Of a stretch of DNA of 64,000 nucleotides, positions 61,200 through 64,000 are shown piece after piece; the stretch's first letter is position 1, and every line of letters begins with the position of its first letter. The translations under genes and the position numbers were made by a program. This stretch comes from Pseudomonadota bacterium. GTDB taxonomy: Bacteria > Pseudomonadota > Gammaproteobacteria > Steroidobacterales > Steroidobacteraceae. The notes under the pieces are model-generated. The model did no database searches, was not told the origin of the DNA, and saw nothing but the letters and a program-made list of their open reading frames with translations. The stretch covers positions 60,118 through 124,117 of the forward strand of contig JAFAGC010000130.1 of assembly GCA_023423065.1 (NCBI GenBank), in the 5' to 3' direction.

Positions 61200-62203
61200 G
61201 TACGAACCCTCCGCACGCTGTTCTCGCGCCAGCGACGTGCGATCCGACCGATGCCAGCACCCACCCCGCGCCGTAGACTGTTCACGGGCCGCTGACCGTC
61301 GCCGTTTGGCCTCCCTGTTCCAATACCTTTGAGAAGTCGACCGGTACCGCGGGTCGCGCTACCGAAACCCCACAGTAGAGCGGCACTGACCACGCCAAAG
61401 CTGCTCAGTGCGAGACCACTCGCAAGGCCTGCCGCCATTGGCATGACTTGCCGCATAACGAGAAAAGTCAGTCCAGCGGCCATGCACACGCGCACTGCGT
61501 GAGCAATTTCAATATCGCCCTCGGCTGCGGCTGCCTGCTGAGCAGCCGCTGATACCAGCGTCAGCATGAGCGCTGCCATCAAGACAGTGAGGATCGTTAT
61601 GAATGCATAGTTGGCTAGCTGCGCGATCCAGGACTCGAAGAATCGCTTCGTCGTCTCGAAAAATAGCAGAGCGATAAAGAGAGGGCCGAGCGCCAGCAGG
61701 ACAGAAAGCGCGATTCGCGAAAGCGCCAAAAGGAAGATCGTGTAGATCGCAGTGAGACCGACGATGAGATAGACGCCAAACCCCGCGATGTAATACGAGA
61801 AGTCTCCGTTGAGGATGCCGCCTTTTTCGATGAGGCGTGAAGCCGCGTCATCGCCGGAGAAAATGATCTGATCGACTATCGTGACCGAGTCGGGCGAACC
61901 AATGACCGCCGCGGCAAGCGCGCCAGGTGCCTCGAAGAACGTGTCCACTATGACCGAGTTGTACAGCCACAGATGAAGCGCCGCTCCCAAAATGACGGCA
62001 AGCATGATGATCCGCTTGAGACCCGCGACGAACGGCTCCTGAATCTGCCCCATGAGCTGCAGGTATCCCCACACCATGAGGTAAAGCACTCCGAGAGTGA
62101 TGACGGCTGGCTCGAGTGCTCCGGCGATTCGCGCAGTGGTGTCGCCAATGTATGTGGCGAGGATGCCGTTGAGCCACGCGCTGAATTCTGCGAAGAATCC
62201 CAT
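61196..62203 (-). CDS. virB6: VirB6/TrbL-family polytopic membrane protein
   Basis: Multiple TM helices. The start was taken at MGFFAEFSAWLNGIL. Confidence 0.8.
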   Translation of the reverse strand: MGFFAEFSAWLNGILATYIGDTTARIAGALEPAVITLGVLYLMVWGYLQLMGQIQEPFVAGLKRIIMLAVILGAALHLWLYNSVIVDTFFEAPGALAAAVIGSPDSVTIVDQIIFSGDDAASRLIEKGGILNGDFSYYIAGFGVYLIVGLTAIYTIFLLALSRIALSVLLALGPLFIALLFFETTKRFFESWIAQLANYAFITILTVLMAALMLTLVSAAAQQAAAAEGDIEIAHAVRVCMAAGLTFLVMRQVMPMAAGLASGLALSSFGVVSAALLWGFGSATRGTGRLLKGIGTGRPNGDGQRPVNSLRRGVGAGIGRIARRWRENSVRRVRT

Positions 62204-62213
62204 CGATTGCCTC

Positions 62214-62513
62214 TCACGATCCGTTTGAAGGCTTTCCGTCACCGGACAGATCCAGCGGAGGCAGCTCTCTTTGCGACCCAATTCCTTCCAGTCGAGCTGC
62301 CTGTTTCGCGTTGACGCAATCAACGCGATCTCCGATAGCACCTGCGTTGTCGACGCACTTCCTGAGCTGCGCTTCCCTCTCCGCCGCGTGTTTACGGTAG
62401 TACGTCACCGTCTTCTCCTGATCCGGCACCGGTGCACAGGAAACGGCGGCGCTGACCGTGACAACGATCCCTAAGCGATTCCGCACGCGCTGTGCACCGG
62501 GCCGAAACTTCAC
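62214..62513 (-). CDS. EexN-like entry-exclusion lipoprotein
   Basis: Lipobox-like VSAAVSCAP, then TVTYYRKHAAEREAQLRKCVDN...CVNAKQA, which is typical of EexN family lipoproteins. Confidence 0.6.
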   Translation of the reverse strand: MKFRPGAQRVRNRLGIVVTVSAAVSCAPVPDQEKTVTYYRKHAAEREAQLRKCVDNAGAIGDRVDCVNAKQAARLEGIGSQRELPPLDLSGDGKPSNGS

Positions 62514-63229
62514 GGCTGCAGCCCCATCGGCGGCAGCCGTCGCAGCGACCCTATGTCTGCCAATGCCTGCTCGCGCAGGCGTTGCTTGCGCGCCATCTCT
62601 TCGGCCTGCGCGATCTGCTGCAGAACATTGAGCTTGGTCTGTTCATTGGCGAGCATGGCTTGCTCGGCTGAGATCCTTGCCTGCAAGTCGAGAATCGCCT
62701 TCTGATCTTGCGCCGCAGGAATCGCGTCCACGAGTTGCTGAAGCGCCTGGAATCTACCGCTGGTGGCTTCGAGAGCTTGCCGCGAGGTGGCCTGGAACAT
62801 CGCAGCTGTTCGACGGGCTGCCTGAAGCTGCTCGCGCTCCAGCGGAGTTAGCGCGGCGATACGCTCCTCGCTCAAGAGGGCATTGTCGTTGAGGATTGAC
62901 TGAAGGCGCGCACCGAGCACGCGATAAGCACCGTCAGCGCGCTGCACGGCCGCTTCGAGCTGGGCCCAATACGCTGGCAGATAGTTTCGATCGGCTCCCG
63001 AAAGCAGACGCTCCATGCCTCTGCCGCCTGTCGTTGCACGATACTGCTGCTCTGCCTGGCGCAACGTACTTCTCGCAGTCTCGAGCTGCTGGTACATGGT
63101 TGCGATCTGTTCGACCAGCTGCGCGATCGCCCCTACGTCGATGACTGCCCACTGAGCACGGACTGCAGGAGCTCCGAATGACAGCAGTAGAACTGCGGCC
63201 AACAATCCAAACTTCTTTCGCGTATTCAT
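62510..63229 (-). CDS. virB5: VirB5/TrbJ-like minor pilin/adhesin
   Basis: Signal peptide, then a helical/coiled-coil sequence (WAVIDVGAIAQLVEQIATMYQQLE). Confidence 0.7.
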   Translation of the reverse strand: MNTRKKFGLLAAVLLLSFGAPAVRAQWAVIDVGAIAQLVEQIATMYQQLETARSTLRQAEQQYRATTGGRGMERLLSGADRNYLPAYWAQLEAAVQRADGAYRVLGARLQSILNDNALLSEERIAALTPLEREQLQAARRTAAMFQATSRQALEATSGRFQALQQLVDAIPAAQDQKAILDLQARISAEQAMLANEQTKLNVLQQIAQAEEMARKQRLREQALADIGSLRRLPPMGLQP

Positions 63230-63278
63230 ACTCCTTACTCCTTCAATCTTGGGACGAGTTCTTCTTTCTGGCGGGCGC

Positions 63279-64000
63279 TCACCCCGAGCCTTCAAGAAAG
63301 CGCGGGAGCCAATCGGCTGGATCGGCGCCATGAACTTCGATGAGCTGATTAACGCGGGCCACGGAACTTGCTCGCCCAGAGATCACTGCGAGTTCGGCGT
63401 TGAATCCCTTGAGGTCGAGCTCGCAGACGACACTTGAATGCCCCTGCTTGACGAGAAACATGCGAGTTCCTGGCTCGAGCTGCTCTTTGATCAACTTGAA
63501 CTCGCGCTCCGTAAGACCGAAACCATCGATGTAGTCGGCCGCGGCAGCGTCGGGATTCGGAAAGAAGATCTTTGTCGGCGTCTGCTCGATGATGGTTCTG
63601 CTGATAGGACTCGAAAGTGCATCGCTCGGACTTTGTGTGGCTGCGCAGAAAACGCCGTTGAGCTTTCGCCAAACCTTTAGTCCGTCTTTGGCGAATTGTT
63701 CGAAGGCTGAATCGGCGAGCAATCGCGAGAACTCGTCTGCCCAGCAAACGAAGGGTTGACCTGTGAGCAGGCTTCGTACGCAGAAGAAGAGGTAGAGCGT
63801 GATTGGTGAGCGCACAGTTTCGTGGTCCAGAAACTCAGTGACATCGAAACCGATCACTCGCCGTCCACCAATTTTCTGCGCCAGTGAGTCTTCTGGGTTG
63901 TCGAAGACCCACGCGTAGTCTCCCCCAGTGCTCGCGCACCAGCGCGAAAGGCGCGCGTGAATTCCCTCCGGGCGAGTCGAGTCCGTGAATTCGATGAGTC
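63279..64000 (-). CDS. virB4: VirB4 ATPase, C-terminal part (5' end lies outside the window)
   Basis: The frame is open from 63279 to the window edge (…GGDYAWVFDNPEDSL…VIGFDVTEFLD…FVCWADEF…CAATQSPSD…). The listed M is a GTG inside the gene. Confidence 0.85.
   Translation of the reverse strand, partial: LIEFTDSTRPEGIHARLSRWCASTGGDYAWVFDNPEDSLAQKIGGRRVIGFDVTEFLDHETVRSPITLYLFFCVRSLLTGQPFVCWADEFSRLLADSAFEQFAKDGLKVWRKLNGVFCAATQSPSDALSSPISRTIIEQTPTKIFFPNPDAAAADYIDGFGLTEREFKLIKEQLEPGTRMFLVKQGHSSVVCELDLKGFNAELAVISGRASSVARVNQLIEVHGADPADWLPRFLEGSG

Overview
This 64-kb window comes from a fairly GC-rich Gram-negative chromosome. It looks Proteobacteria-like, and a Xanthomonadales-style locus layout is only my guess. 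Bases 1-24.4 kb look like core genome and form a mannan-type carbohydrate utilisation region. It holds two TonB-dependent receptors, two flavin-halogenase-family paralogues with cupin and DUF6445-like partners, a GH5 mannanase, a GH2 beta-mannosidase-like enzyme, and a ROK regulator with a ROK sugar kinase. It also holds an S9-peptidase-like protein, a PAS histidine kinase and an alpha/beta hydrolase. At 24.4-25.6 kb an IS6-family element sits on a decapitated and truncated P4-type integrase. This marks the left edge of an island of more than 39 kb that resembles an integrative conjugative element and runs off the right end of the window. The island carries six parts. (i) A divergent pair made of an unknown protein and a large P-loop NTPase with widely split nucleotide motifs. 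(ii) A complete dndA / dndBCDE DNA-phosphorothioation cluster with no dndFGH, pbeABCD or sspE-type partner. It is flanked instead by non-canonical candidates: a DndB-like DGQHR protein with a GIY-YIG nuclease, a ChaC-like cyclotransferase, a ParB-like protein with an SF2 helicase, and a methyltransferase fused to an M15-peptidase-like domain. (iii) MobC and a relaxase, with a candidate oriT nick motif TATCCTG/C. (iv) A leading region with DUF932, ArdB/KlcA-type anti-restriction and RadC genes. Each of these three genes is preceded by a conserved multi-stem repeat of about 150 nt that shows compensatory substitutions, so it may be an ssDNA promoter or a radC-motif-like element. (v) Sel1-repeat cargo. 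(vi) A VirB/VirD4 type IV secretion cluster, with virB4 cut by the window edge. I saw no rRNA, no foldable tRNA and no CRISPR array. All family assignments come from reading motifs by eye. No searches were run.
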